DNA of 63,438 nt, filler included, from Phoronis australis (Eukaryota > Animalia > Phoronida): assembly GCA_002633005.1 (NCBI GenBank). It is 6 parts of 6 records of this genome, joined end to end, with 100 filler letters (N's around TTAATTAATTAA, not from the genome) between each part and the next. Parts side by side here need not be neighbours in the genome. Positions count along the whole stretch, not along the records: positions 38,319 to 61,001 come from NMRA01000402.1; positions 61,102 to 63,438 come from NMRA01003731.1; 4 more parts are not named here. The stretch is one strand, 5' to 3'. The translations under genes and the position numbers were made by a program. The notes below the pieces were generated by a model that was not told where the DNA came from, did not search any database, and saw nothing but the letters and a program-made list of their open reading frames with translations. This document shows positions 52,301 through 63,438 of this stretch, in pieces. Numbering within the stretch: the first letter of the stretch is position 1; each line of letters starts with the position of its first letter.

Positions 52301-55300
52301 GTTCAAGCAGTCTAAACACAATGACATACCTGTAAACTTATAATGCGAACATCTTGAAGAATACACTGTACGTTCTCAAGGTTAACTTGCGAGTGTGGCA
52401 AGGCCATGATTGAAATAAGCTACTGTTGTGGCAATGAAGCACTCGAAACTAGCATAGCACCCAATGATTGTCGCTCAAGTGATTAGGTTGCTGGGTCAGA
52501 ATCAAAGGGGGATCCAGCATTTTTAGTTAGTGGGGGCAGGGCAGAGTATTAGCCAGGATTTTGCCATCAGACATTCGCACCCCCGAACTGCCAAATGGAA
52601 TGTGGGAAAGCTTTAGGGGGGCCATTGCCCCCTTCTAAATCCGTCACTGAGAATGTTCATGGAATAAATACTAATATACTTGCAGGAAAAAACTCCGCAT
52701 TCTCCCAAGTATCCCATTCTTTAAAGAGTATTTTGTTTGTAGTGGTAGTCCTCAGGTGCGACTGGCGTGTGAGCTATTGTGTTTTTACCATTTTTTGCGC
52801 AGAAAATTCCTACATACGTAAATATATCTTTTCAGGGAGCAGATTCCGATGCTAAAATTTGTCAAAGTATGTTCTGCTATTCCCCAACGGATCAGTCATG
52901 CATAAGACCAGGTGCTCTGGTCGCGGCCGATGGAACTACGTGTGGCAACAAGAAGGTACTAACAATCACTGGCGATCTCACTTCACATTTGTTAGAAACT
53001 TAATTGGATTTATATGATTAGTGTATGTGCGCGCGTTGCCGAAGCCACGGGGAGGGCAAGGGCAACACTGCCATGGCCTGCACGTGCCATGCTCTGCACG
53101 TTCCATTGCAGGAAAGTCCGGTTTTTGCTGAAACTCGTTTCTGTTTCCCTTGGTTAAGTTTGCCTCTTTGTTCAATTCATGCGTAAATTGACTCGGGTTG
53201 CCATTGATTTCAGCCCCCCCTCCCCGATGCCATCAAATTCGTATTCGCCCCCTGTTAATATTTTCTGTCTACGGCATTTTGTGCATGATTGTGCCACTGA
53301 ACGTCGACAATGCATCGTATTTGCATTGTGTAAAAATATACTACTGGGTTATTAAGTGCATTTCTAGGAACCAGGTTCATTTCCACGATCACCTATTTGC
53401 GTCAATTGTGTTCCATTAGCCGGTAATCAAAAAATCCATTCTAAATTGTTCGCGCAAAATTCATTGCCTATGGTTGTGCAAGAAAACCAAGAACTTTTTT
53501 GTCTGGTGTTAAAATTACCAAAATTGCACGGTTATGATCTACGCTTCACTGGCACTTTGACACCTCACTTGTACTCCTCGTGACTCTTGGTAAAACCAAC
53601 CAATTTCAGGTTCAAAGCAGGCGATTTTTTAAGAACTTTCGGGGGTTTCCCTCCTGACGTGATACAAAAAACACATAAAGATTATGTTTTTCCATTTCCA
53701 AATAAACATACAAAATCCGTTCATAGTTGCGTACTCCCTTTTTCAGTTCGGTGGATTTGAAAATCACTGTTCAAACACCAAATATGTGTCGCGTACTCTT
53801 TTCAACTCCCCAGTCCTCTGGCCTCCAAGGATACAAATCACGTTGTTATTGACATCGGGAGCACCAAGCTGATGCGAACAAGGTGTGCTCAAATTAAAGT
53901 TTTGTGACTAGGTTGTGATGTTGTGTCATCACCTCTAAAATCTTTTGATCTATTTCGTTTCGCTCAGTCATCCGGCCATTTTCAAGTGTTACTGCCTTCT
54001 CGTAAGATCCACCACGAAGCCTGCTACATTTATGGTAGTCGCTTTTAAAGTATTTTCCTGGTACACGGCTGATTTGTAACCCGGGTTAGTACTGTTGTCC
54101 ACCTAGCACTCTTACTGATAGACTGAACGACGTACTCTGCGATCAAGTGGTTGGACTGCATGACTTGGAGTGTTGAACTGACTGTCGGGCTAAAGGAATA
54201 ACACATAAAAGTATACATGTACAATCCAAGATCCGACCATTAGTGTACCAGACACCGATGCTGGGCCTTCTAAGAACGCTGCAACAGAAACGATTGCCGG
54301 ATAAATGACCAAATGAAAAGTCGTGTCAAATAAAATAGGCTAGAGATTGACGTTAATAGACCAGTTGATTTTAGAAATAATATTTACCTGTATGTTCTAG
54401 CGACCTTAACTCACACTGGCATCCTGCAGAAACGAATCATCCATAAATCAAAATAATTTGGACAGACATCATTAGAGCTTTATCAAACTCCATCAACTTT
54501 CCAGAAATATTTGGCAGAATACGTGGAACGACGGCTGCAGACGTTTGTCGAGATTTAGCTAAAATTACAATAAAATCTATTGGAAGTTGAAGAGGAATGG
54601 ACATTTAGCTGCAATTTTGTGCCTCAAAACTTTAATCAAATTTCGGACGTTTAATAGTTTTGTATTAAAAACTACTTCTTCCGGCCGGTGTTTGAACAAT
54701 AGTTTCTTGAAGATCTGAGTCATTTGGTTAATTCCCCAATATTTAAGTTATGTTCATTCCTAGAAACCTGTCCACTTTTGACCGACTTAGGAACATTGTA
54801 CACGTATCTCAGAAATGGCGTATCTTTCAAATACTTTGCTTTAGGCATCGTTCACCAAGAGTTGTTAGGATTTGTTCTCAATCTGTTCTACTTTGGCGTG
54901 AGGCACTATCAAAAACCAGGACCTTTATAATTTCTGTTGAAAGATTTTAAATTGCATAAAACGGAAATGAAACCTTAACTTAGAAAACAGCATTTTTAAG
55001 ATTTGACCTTGAATATTTCTTTTATTAGTAATCCTGTTGTTTTGGTGTGCATGTCACGTGACCTAGTTAGTGGCACAATGGTATTAAGTTAGATGTCAAA
55101 TACTACAGCATTTACATGTGCTAATCTTAGCTAAAATTTTATAGTTTTTTTTCTATATTTTGTTATACTGTACAGTGTATGTCTTACATAAACATAGCTG
55201 TCTGTTGTAGTGGTGTGTTCGCAGCTACTGTGTGTATGACGCCAAGGCACCGAACGCCAGCGGTAAGTAGTTGTAAAAAAACGAAATGGTTGTTCATGAA

Positions 55301-58300
55301 GTTCTGTAACTATAACCTTATGGAATAGTTTGGTTAAGTCATGCCGATCTATCAAAACATGCATGGGGTGAATAATATACGAATGAGTCGCGTTAAAACA
55401 CATACATAATAAAGCCATGTCCCTCATCGCGAACTGTGGATGCGAAAACCATTTATTTTCTTAAAGTTGTATCTCTTTACATGAATAACAGGTTTTGCAC
55501 AACTTCATTGGCAAAATTTATTGGGATTTGAATGGATTAAAATGACGTATTTTCGAGAGATTTGAAATCATGTTTGCTCATGCGTGTACCCTAGATATTG
55601 ACCAATCAGGATAATCCAATACTATTCGGGATCTCCTTGTTGCAGCAACATAATATTGGTCGAGGATTACGGTCCCCTTTCTTCATTTTGAAGTAACAGA
55701 TTTTGCTTGTGTATATGTGCTGTTTTATAGCGGTGACGATTTTAACTCCCTCTGCTGTCTTGTGGTTGCAGTTTATTCGATGCCCTTTACTTTTAGACAC
55801 GTGTCCCTCTGGAGACAGGCCTGGTACAGTTTTCAGTAACAGTGAGGACACATGCGCAGACGTCGCGTTATCGCAGTGTTATCAGTCATACGTGCAAAAC
55901 AGATGCTGCAAGAGATGCGCACCAAACGAAAGATTTCCAGGTAAGATCAGATGGTGAGCAGTGCAAGCTGTACAAAACGGGAATGAGACGAGTACTGAGA
56001 CCTTCCTATGTATTTATTTCAACGCATGATGATTGCTGAAACGACTTACGTAAGGAAGACGTACTTTTTCGTTCTTGGTCTATAATAGCATATATGAAAA
56101 AATCAGTAAGCATGCAATAAGTTGAGAGTTATGGACCATGCATGTTCAGTTGTTTCGCGCATGCGCTATTACTGCTGTAACGAACTGGTATCCTGTAAAA
56201 GAAAACGAATTAATTTTGAACCCATTGTGCTATAAAACTGGTTTTCAATTTGTTCATTACAATTGTTTTTTTGAAAATAAACTTGTGGGTGGATATTCGA
56301 ATTGCAACTTTTCACACACGTCAAATAAAACGTAATATACGCGCGAAAAAAGGGGACGTATTTGTTAACGTGGGACAATCATTGTGTGATACAGTTTAAA
56401 GCAAACGTCATTTGTATCTTGCTGTATCTCACTAGGAAGATTTTTGTTCATCACATCAATAAATATTTGGCATTTAGCAAACACAGTGAGTTAAAAGTGT
56501 CCTTCATACTCTGCTTATACAGTTAGTTACCGACAAAGTCACCCAACTTCTGGTTAAATGGTAGTATTTTGTGTAAAATCGTGATCTGCAAATACAATGA
56601 CTTGCCAAAGTATGTAAAATGTTACATCAAAACATATTACCTCAGTTTAGAGCAATCCATGGGATTTTCGAACCATACAAACATTTACAGAAAATACGCC
56701 CATGGACGTACTTTTTGGAAGTTTTCCGAGGAAACGACCATGGAACGCAATGTGGCCACTGGTATTAGGAAAGTGACACTTTGTGTAACTCATTGAAGCG
56801 ACGTTTGATACCTAAATGACTCGCGGTAACAGGCCAGATGAATTATATCCAGTTGTCCGATCTCGCCAAGACCAGAAATCACATCAAGTCTGAGTAATGA
56901 TCAAGTTAAGACCAGTTTCAAAACGTTCTGGTCTAAATCAGACGTGCATTTTTACGATAGGCAGATCTGTAGCACGTAAGTTTTTGAAAGGAATTGTGAG
57001 GAATTCCAAAATGAGAAACACCTTATGAAACGCTCATTTTATTTAGACAGCTACTACCCACAACAAAAGCATTGTTTTTTAGACCGCTTACTATTTAGAA
57101 TCCTTAGTTAATTTAGAGAAGATTTCAAAAGAAGTAACCGATTGTTATGGTCTGTAACCATGTCTGCAACTTGGTTTATCCTTGTTGCCAATTTATGCGA
57201 CAAGATTGACTTCACCGAATTGACCTAACATTTTTGGAAGCGCGGGCCCTTTACTCTTGAAATTCAGCGAAGACTGAACTGGTCCTTTCTGAGTACACGT
57301 CTTGGCAAACGTATCAGTCTCAATAAAATTGTAGTGAACAAAGCATTAACTGTGGAATGTCCAGGCATTAAGCAGTTACACATAGTTTGACTCAATTGCT
57401 AGCATCTGAACGTTTGAACAGATTAATTGTAATCTGAGTGTCTATAGCACGAAAGTAGTAGGACGGTCCCGGATAATTTACCCATAATGTAGAAACAACA
57501 GTCAAGCAGTTCTCTAGACTTGTACTTGTACCATTGAAGTTTCTAACATTATTTGATTCTACCTCGCGTTTACACGTTCTTCTCGACTGCATTAACTGTA
57601 TTCGACCTTGCAATGCCAGCGACGTTTCACTGGTGTGCAGCGAGACCAATGTAACAATGTATTCTCTTACCTCCAGAATAATTGCCCCTTTTTATTCCGC
57701 TGTCTGACTAACGCAATGTTGCCGTGTTTACATTGCTTTCCTTCTTTTAAAGAGGAACAGAGTGTAAAAACTCGTGAAAACAGCTTTTAAAGAGATAGCA
57801 GCGAATTTAACTTGAGAGCTTTGAATTTGAACATTGCAAGAACCTCTAGAAAAATTCACATTTCCCAATACACTTTTCAAGTTCTCCGGCTCTGATAATA
57901 TGTACATGAAGTGCTTTAAGAAATCGAACCAACCGGTGCTTGAAATCACCAACATTTTGGTCATCTCAAAAGTCAAAGGTCACGTTTCCATATAAGGGCA
58001 ATGGGCTTCGTCTATGCCTTGGCATACCAAATAAGGAGACGTGATTTGCCTTCTTGGAGAAAAATCGACAGAGTGAGGAGCATCTGACAAAATGTTATTC
58101 TTGAATTTTGAAATTAAAGGAAAATGATTTGACATGCACAGAAATTCAAAGTCTTTACGATCACACATTAAAAATACCCGACGAACAGTTTGTCGTTTGT
58201 TTCAGGCGCAGAAACCCACTCTGATCACAGCGATTTGTCTGTTTTCGCGTTCTACGACACTTTAATGTACTTTATAATGGCTGAGTGTATTAAGTAATTT

Positions 58301-58571
58301 TGGCTGTTGACGACACTCACCTGCAATGTATTGTCAAACAGAGAGAATGCTGCAAACATGACTCATGCATATGTTTATGTTGAGAAGTGCGCACATCCTG
58401 TGGCATCGAAAAATATTATCTGGTTCTATTGAAATATAACGTACAAATCGTAGTTCTGTTTCGTTCCAGGTTGCGAATACGGAGACAAAGCCGACTGCTC
58501 TGGCAACACGCCATCTAATATCTGCTTTTCAACCAACAACAAGGAACTTTGCTGCCACACCTGCAGACAGC
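43318..58571 (+). CDS. Secreted reprolysin (M12B) metalloprotease, ADAMTS/MIG-17-like (no TSP1), core 15 exons
   Basis: Phase-consistent AG/GT exons: 43318-43420, 44385-44578, 44900-44989, 45145-45310, 45534-45672, 46477-46570, 47513-47590, 48172-48332, 48882-49043, 50040-50207, 50581-50725, 51467-51586 (duplicate at 52836-52955), 55211-55262, 55797-55940, 58470-58571. They encode a signal peptide, prodomain, REKR, IEYFLAVD, YDHG, GLA..GVC, HELGHSLNAQHD, FIMAP, FSSCS, PGQRYTIHQQC, AADGTTCGNKKWC and two PLAC-like modules. Confidence 0.88.
48882..49043 (+). CDS. Protease exon carrying the first part of the zinc motif (LAHELGH)
   Basis: YDLITASGSSSVVGLATTPGVC...SINEEHGAFDNIATLAHELGH; phase 2 donor at 49044. 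Confidence 0.92.
49332..49486. mobile_element. Short 5-bp-TSD MITE in a protease intron
   Basis: CATTGACGG...AATCCGCCCCTG with TSD CGTAC. Confidence 0.8.
50040..50207 (+). CDS. Protease exon carrying the third zinc His and the Met-turn
   Basis: SLNAQHDDLGTNGCNPSQQFIMAP...YRFSSCSINAM. Confidence 0.92.
50777..53520. repeat. About 1.37-kb near-identical tandem duplication (50777-52149 / 52151-53520) joined by one N, containing exon 51467-51586
   Basis: Both copies start TGAATTATCGATAG and end AAATTACCA; scattered SNPs and small indels. Confidence 0.9.
51134..51280. mobile_element. Short 5-bp-TSD MITE (second copy at about 52503-52650)
   Basis: CAAGGGGGGATCCAG...AAATCCGCCACTG with TSD AGAAT. 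Confidence 0.8.
55797..55940 (+). CDS. PLAC-like six-cysteine module 1
   Basis: CPSGD...C...CY...CCKRC, phase 1-1 exon. Confidence 0.8.
58470..58571 (+). CDS. PLAC-like six-cysteine module 2 (absent from the ORF track)
   Basis: GCEYGDKADCSGNTPSNICFSTNNKELCCHTCRQ, AG/GT bounded, phase 1-1. Confidence 0.8.
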
Positions 58572-59377
58572 GTAAGTGTGTTCCGGGAATTTGGTGTTTA
58601 ATCTATTCCAATAAGCTGTCACTGTTCCCGTGGAAGCTAGCTTATTATGAGTAGGTGTCGCTGCTTGGAACTCGAAACAAACTTCCATCCGATTTCTCGT
58701 CGTCAGTCAACCTAATTCCCGCCTGAGGGTTTTCGACTGATGCCTGTTCTTGATGGCAGACATAGATTTCAAAGGGTCCTGGCATTGTGGTGGAGAAGCT
58801 CCAACAAACCATTTCAAAACCCACTTTTAAAATATATTCCTGAGTCTGTGTCCTAATAACTCGCGAACGTCCACCTCCTCCATTCATAAGGCTTTAGTAG
58901 ATTTTACATGCACAGACAATACTATATGTGCGTTGCTTATTTTGGCAGTTAACAGCGGCATGTTCAAGTACGTAATTTTGCTATAATCGCTTTTATTTTT
59001 GAGAATAAAACCATACACTTTTTCACTATCACTTAACGTCAAAAGATGTGGAGATCACTACATTAGTTAGCAAGTATTATGCGTTAAACTGAACTTGTGA
59101 AATAGCCCCTGTTTCATGGAGCGTTTTTGCCTTAACTCAGACCGGAATCGCTCTAAAAAACTAAGATGTCTTAGTCTTGCTTTATGAAATTTCCCAAGAC
59201 CAACATTAAAACCCAAATAGGCCTACCTGTACAATGTAACCTACTGTAAGACCACAAATCTAGACTTCTACGATATAGTCTAAGATTTGATATTTTTTAC
59301 AATCTAATGCCCAGAAACAATGTCAAATTGAAGATCGTCTTGCTATTTTATCACGTGTAAATTATCATTTGTTGTAG

Positions 59378-59568
59378 TTATCAACTGTGGAACATTGTCA
59401 GCGCCCTCTAATGGAAACGTGATATACTCACCCAACGGTACAACAACGTTCGGTAACGAGGCAATTTACTCGTGCTCAGAAGGCTTTGAACTACAAGGAG
59501 TAAAGAGCGTAAAATGTTTACTAAATGAAACCTGGGAATCAGCCCCAACTCCAACATGTACGTTCATA
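59378..59568 (+). CDS. Sushi/CCP exon in phase with the protease
   Basis: INCGTLSAPSNGNV...TTFGNEAIYSCSEGFELQGVKSVKCLLNETWESAPTPTC; phase 1 acceptor; donor position uncertain. Confidence 0.78.
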
Positions 59569-60733
59569 GTGTATACTACAATTTGCTTGAAATTCGTGTT
59601 TTTAAAGGCAACGCTCTTGGGCAAATGTGCCTTCATTCAAAACAATTAGTAGTTTCGAAAGTAAGTTTTTACTCAAGAGTTATGCGCATAGGCACACGCG
59701 CCTAGGCATACTTTATATGGACAAGCGGCTATGTCTTGCACGTGAGCATATTTTCAGTAGCCTGTTTTGTATCACTGTTGTCCATTCCAAGTAGTCGTTA
59801 AGACCCACACGTATAATCTGTATACATCAGAGAACATAAGGCGTAATGTTTTACTATCCATCTTAAGTCACGTGATTAATGCTGGTGGAATTTTGCAAGC
59901 ATGTTTCTGCATCTTCAAGCGAATTCAACCTAAATGTATTCTGCGATGCCAACTGGTCACTTTTTCAATATTCAGTCCATTTTTGGCATTTGCTTGCCTA
60001 AACGCAAAAGTATTGGACGGACAGGTAGGGAATTTTGCGGACGAGGTTATGATGGTTAGAGCGTGACTGACATTGATTTTAGAAGGAGTCGGACTACTGT
60101 GGAACCCCTCAGTGGGTTGCAGTTTTGTGCTTGTTTGACATTGCTGCGATATGATCTTTCGTTTACAATATGGGTTTTTACTGGGACGAGTACTACCACG
60201 TGTACTGAAATTTCTAATCTTTAGTGGTAGGTTTATTATTTTTTGCAAATTCTTCAACATCTTTTGACAACTCAGACTAATGTTGCACCCACTATTGGCA
60301 AACATAGCTTTCATTGAGTTTGAAACGACCATAACCAAGCTACTGTAAGGACCCTTACGCAATCTGGCATATTGGTCCCGTTGGAGAGAGCAAGGTTGCC
60401 AACTACTTTTGGACAGACTAAAGATTCTAAGGCCATCAAGTGGCAATTTTGGTGTGATATTGGGAACATATCTCCATCTACCTTATTTAACGAAGAAGGC
60501 AGCTTTAGTAACATGACCAGTTTCACTTCAGAGCGAGTTTCGCCAGTATGTACTGACGGATATAGTCTCAGCTTCACCCATGCATGTAGGCGCATCCGAT
60601 TACTTAATTTGAAATTTTTGGATACGGACAAATACCCATCCTACTTAACGAACCTCAACGAAAAAAAAGTTGACCAATTTTTATACAACGTATACGAAAA
60701 GGTGAGATAAGTCATTATTTTATGATATTACAG

Positions 60734-61001
60734 GTAGAGAAATTACAACGACACACCAGCCTTCAACAACGCAGCAGACAACGACGCAGCTCTCAACAAC
60801 ACAGCCATCGACAACACAGCTTTCAACAACACAACCGTCAACAACACAAACTCCCACAACACAACCTCCCACAACACAAACTGCAACAACTCAACCTCCA
60901 ACAACACAGCCACCAACAACTCAACCTCCAACAACACAGTCACCAACAACACAACCTCCAACAACTCAACCTCCAACAACACAGCCTGCAACAACACAAT
61001 C
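60734..61001 (+). CDS. Mucin-like exon: 15-bp tandem repeat encoding (S/P/A)TTQ(P/L/T), truncated by a gap
   Basis: After TTACAG|GTAG the frame reads REITTTHQPSTTQQTTTQLSTTQPSTTQLSTTQPSTTQTPTTQPPTTQ...; the QQH frame given in the ORF track is probably the wrong one. Confidence 0.65.
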
Positions 61002-61109
61002 NNNNNNNNNNNNNNNNNNNNNNNNNNNNNNNNNNNNNNNNNNNNTTAATTAATTAANNNNNNNNNNNNNNNNNNNNNNNNNNNNNNNNNNNNNNNNNNN
61101 NACAGACTT

Positions 61110-62055
61110 TCTACAAAACTGTGGTGCATTGCTATCAAATTCTGATGTTAAAAAATGTGCTGAAATCCCAGGGCGAAAACTTGCCTACTGATGCGTCTCT
61201 GCTTCGCGATCGTCGATAGGACAATTTTGAATTCTTGAGTAAAAATAATTTCGACTCAAATTACCTCAAATCCTCCTTTAGTTTTCCAAATAGCCTTTCC
61301 TAAGATTTTTAAGTTCCTGTAGACTCGGAGTCGGGATTAACCGCAGATTAAGTCAAAATATGCGCTAGATCGCACCCGGCAACAAGAAAAATCTGGACGA
61401 ACACATATGTTGTTGTCACGTGACGTTTGTATTGAAGTGAGTCAACAGATGTGCACCGAGTGAGCGAGCGCGTGCGTGTCATCAGTGTTCATTTGCCAGA
61501 GTAGCAGGCCCAATGAGCTGTATACTGTATGTAGTTATATTTATCTCATTGAGCAGGCCCACATGTAGGCCCTAGCGCGCGCTTCTTGGCCAAGTTTCGA
61601 TTCGCGGTTGTTATAATTTTACGTGTACAAAACAATGTGGATTCCTGTTGCGGGAGAAAATCTGTACGGGAAAGATACAATACCAATCCCGTTGATCAGT
61701 ATGCTGCGTCTGTTCGAAGGGCCAGACCATATAGTGTGACACTTTCCTCGCAACATCAGCAAATCTTTTGCGTTCTTTTTGAAGCACTGCGGAACGGTTT
61801 GAAGTGTACAGCCACGGCTAAATACCGACATACATGTAGGCGCGAGGCTCGTGGTCTACTAGAAATTCCGCGCACAATGATTTTTCAGGACTGTCGGATA
61901 TTATTGATAAATTGAATACATTACTGGAGAATTTTTGAACTGTGAGGTAAGACATTTTTCGCACAAATATATACACATTCATGGACTGGGCGCTTATTTT
62001 AGCAAAGTCTGGAAACGAGTGGGGACGCTTATAGAGGCATCGGCGCTTATGTTAT
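61110..62055 (-). mobile_element. Inverted, rearranged copy of the TA-MITE at 34848-36182
   Basis: 61381-61440 is the reverse complement of about 35820-35880; 61840-62040 is the reverse complement of about 34870-35070. Confidence 0.75.
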
Positions 62056-62797
62056 GAAAATAATTTTGGCTAAAATGACATTGTACATTACAAAAAGGAA
62101 TCAGTTCCAAGAAATATGGTATTTCATTTGCTATGAGCACATGGCCGGTCTTCCACCTTTCTCCCCTTTTCTTCGTTTCGGACTAGTCCACAAATTCTTT
62201 GTGCACGACCACAAACTGTGATTTTTTTGACGAATCGCGTAACGGGTGACATGTACTGAATCGGTAGGGTTGCACTGCGCCGATGTTTTTTACTGCCGGA
62301 GCGTCGACACGATGACCAAACTGAACCTTAAATTCATGATAAAAACAGCACAAGGAGGGGGGAAATTATTCATATTTTAATCTGGGAAACGATATATAGT
62401 GCTTTTGCGCTTTGAAATTCGCTCGCCAGCTGGGCGACCGGCAAGTCAACTTCTACTCGCCCAGCACCATTTTTACTCGCATTGGCGACTGGGCGAGTGG
62501 CTAAGTATATCCCTGGGAAGGATACCGACGAGTTGGAATTGGTACGTTCAGGCACTGCACAGTACACCATCAAGGCCAGCTGATGACCGCTCACGAGGTT
62601 GTGTGCCTCGTTTTCGATCAGTATTTAAAGATGGCGCGGGAAGATGGCGCTTTCGTGAAATAGGTGAATAACTGTTAACTTAAAATTAATTTGCTCTTAA
62701 TTCAACACGAAACTTGGTTGTAGAACGCTTGGTCCGACAATTTTTGAAACTCTTCCCTTTGATTCACACTTCTCTTGTTCTGCATTACGGACGATTG

Positions 62798-62953
62798 CAG
62801 TGGCGGATTTAGACGGGGGCTAAGGGGTTCAGGCCCCCAACGATTCTCCCAGATTCCATTTGGCAGTTCGGGGGTGCGAATATCTGACGGGCAAAATCCT
62901 GGCTAATACGCTGTCCTGGCCCGTCATAACTCAAAATTCTGGATCCGCCCTTG
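62798..62953. mobile_element. Short CAGTGGCGG-type MITE (related to 49332 and 51134), TSD degenerate
   Basis: CAGTGGCGGATTTAG...GGATCCGCCCTTG; flanks GATTG / AATTA. Confidence 0.7.
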
Positions 62954-63438
62954 AATTAATGAAAAGTACTTTCAAAGGTGCATTGCGGCACATGGCTTTT
63001 GTTGGAAATCTCCGTTGTTAAGAAAGCGACAAAAACCAAGAGCTAGCAATAGCGATGACGACTTTGCTGAGGCGAAATGACCAAAAATTCTGTTGGTTGG
63101 TATCTATAATTTACTTGAAAATTATACGAAAGTGCAACCAAGTTGGATAATTTGACTCAAACCCAACACTGCTACACAAATTTCGGTGCAAAATAACGGA
63201 AGGTAGCCGCATTTATTTCACAGCAATGGCAATGTTTAGTAGGACATTCGTTAACGGTTATCTATTGATTGGCAGTGCCAATGTGAGACTTATCTGCAGC
63301 AATTCCTGAAGACAAATTCTAGTTCTACGTAACATGTCGGAGTGCTCTCGAGGCCAGTCTTGCACACTTGTCTCTGCGCTTGAATAACTGAATTGATAGC
63401 AGTCTGGACTATCTGTTACCTTATATGCGGGACAACAA

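Noticed and set aside
60722-61057. Gln/His-rich and antisense Leu/Val-rich ORFs in the track
   Set aside because: Alternative frames of the 15-bp repeat; the Thr-rich frame fits the splice acceptor and the extracellular context better.

Overview
Eukaryotic (animal, probably lophotrochozoan marine invertebrate) draft-assembly DNA, intron-rich and dense in transposons, with scaffold gaps carrying an artificial TTAATTAATTAA spacer. Host genes reconstructed by hand from splice sites: (1) a two-exon GT10 alpha-1,3-fucosyltransferase on the minus strand (15827-20048, 439 aa); (2) two orphan plus-strand phase-1 exons encoding a divergent SUEL/rhamnose-binding-lectin domain (31062-31373) and a Sushi/CCP domain (33897-34073); (3) a plus-strand reprolysin (M12B, ADAMTS/MIG-17-like) metalloprotease from 43318: 15 phase-consistent exons (signal peptide, Cys-free prodomain, furin sites, HELGHSLNAQHD zinc site, Cys-rich domain, two PLAC-like modules), then a Sushi exon and a Thr/Gln/Pro mucin-like repeat exon running into a gap. 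Mobile DNA: a Ty3/Gypsy gag interrupted by a 5'-truncated LINE, an L1/Tx1-like LINE 3' end, BEL/Pao and LINE RT fragments, three THAP-domain transposon relics, and several MITE families (a CA..TG family with consistent 5-bp TSDs, plus TTAA/Kolobok-like, TA/Tc1-mariner-like, 3-bp Harbinger-like and 9-bp Mutator-like elements). Most short ORFs in the track are spurious. All family assignments come from motif recognition by eye; no searches were run.
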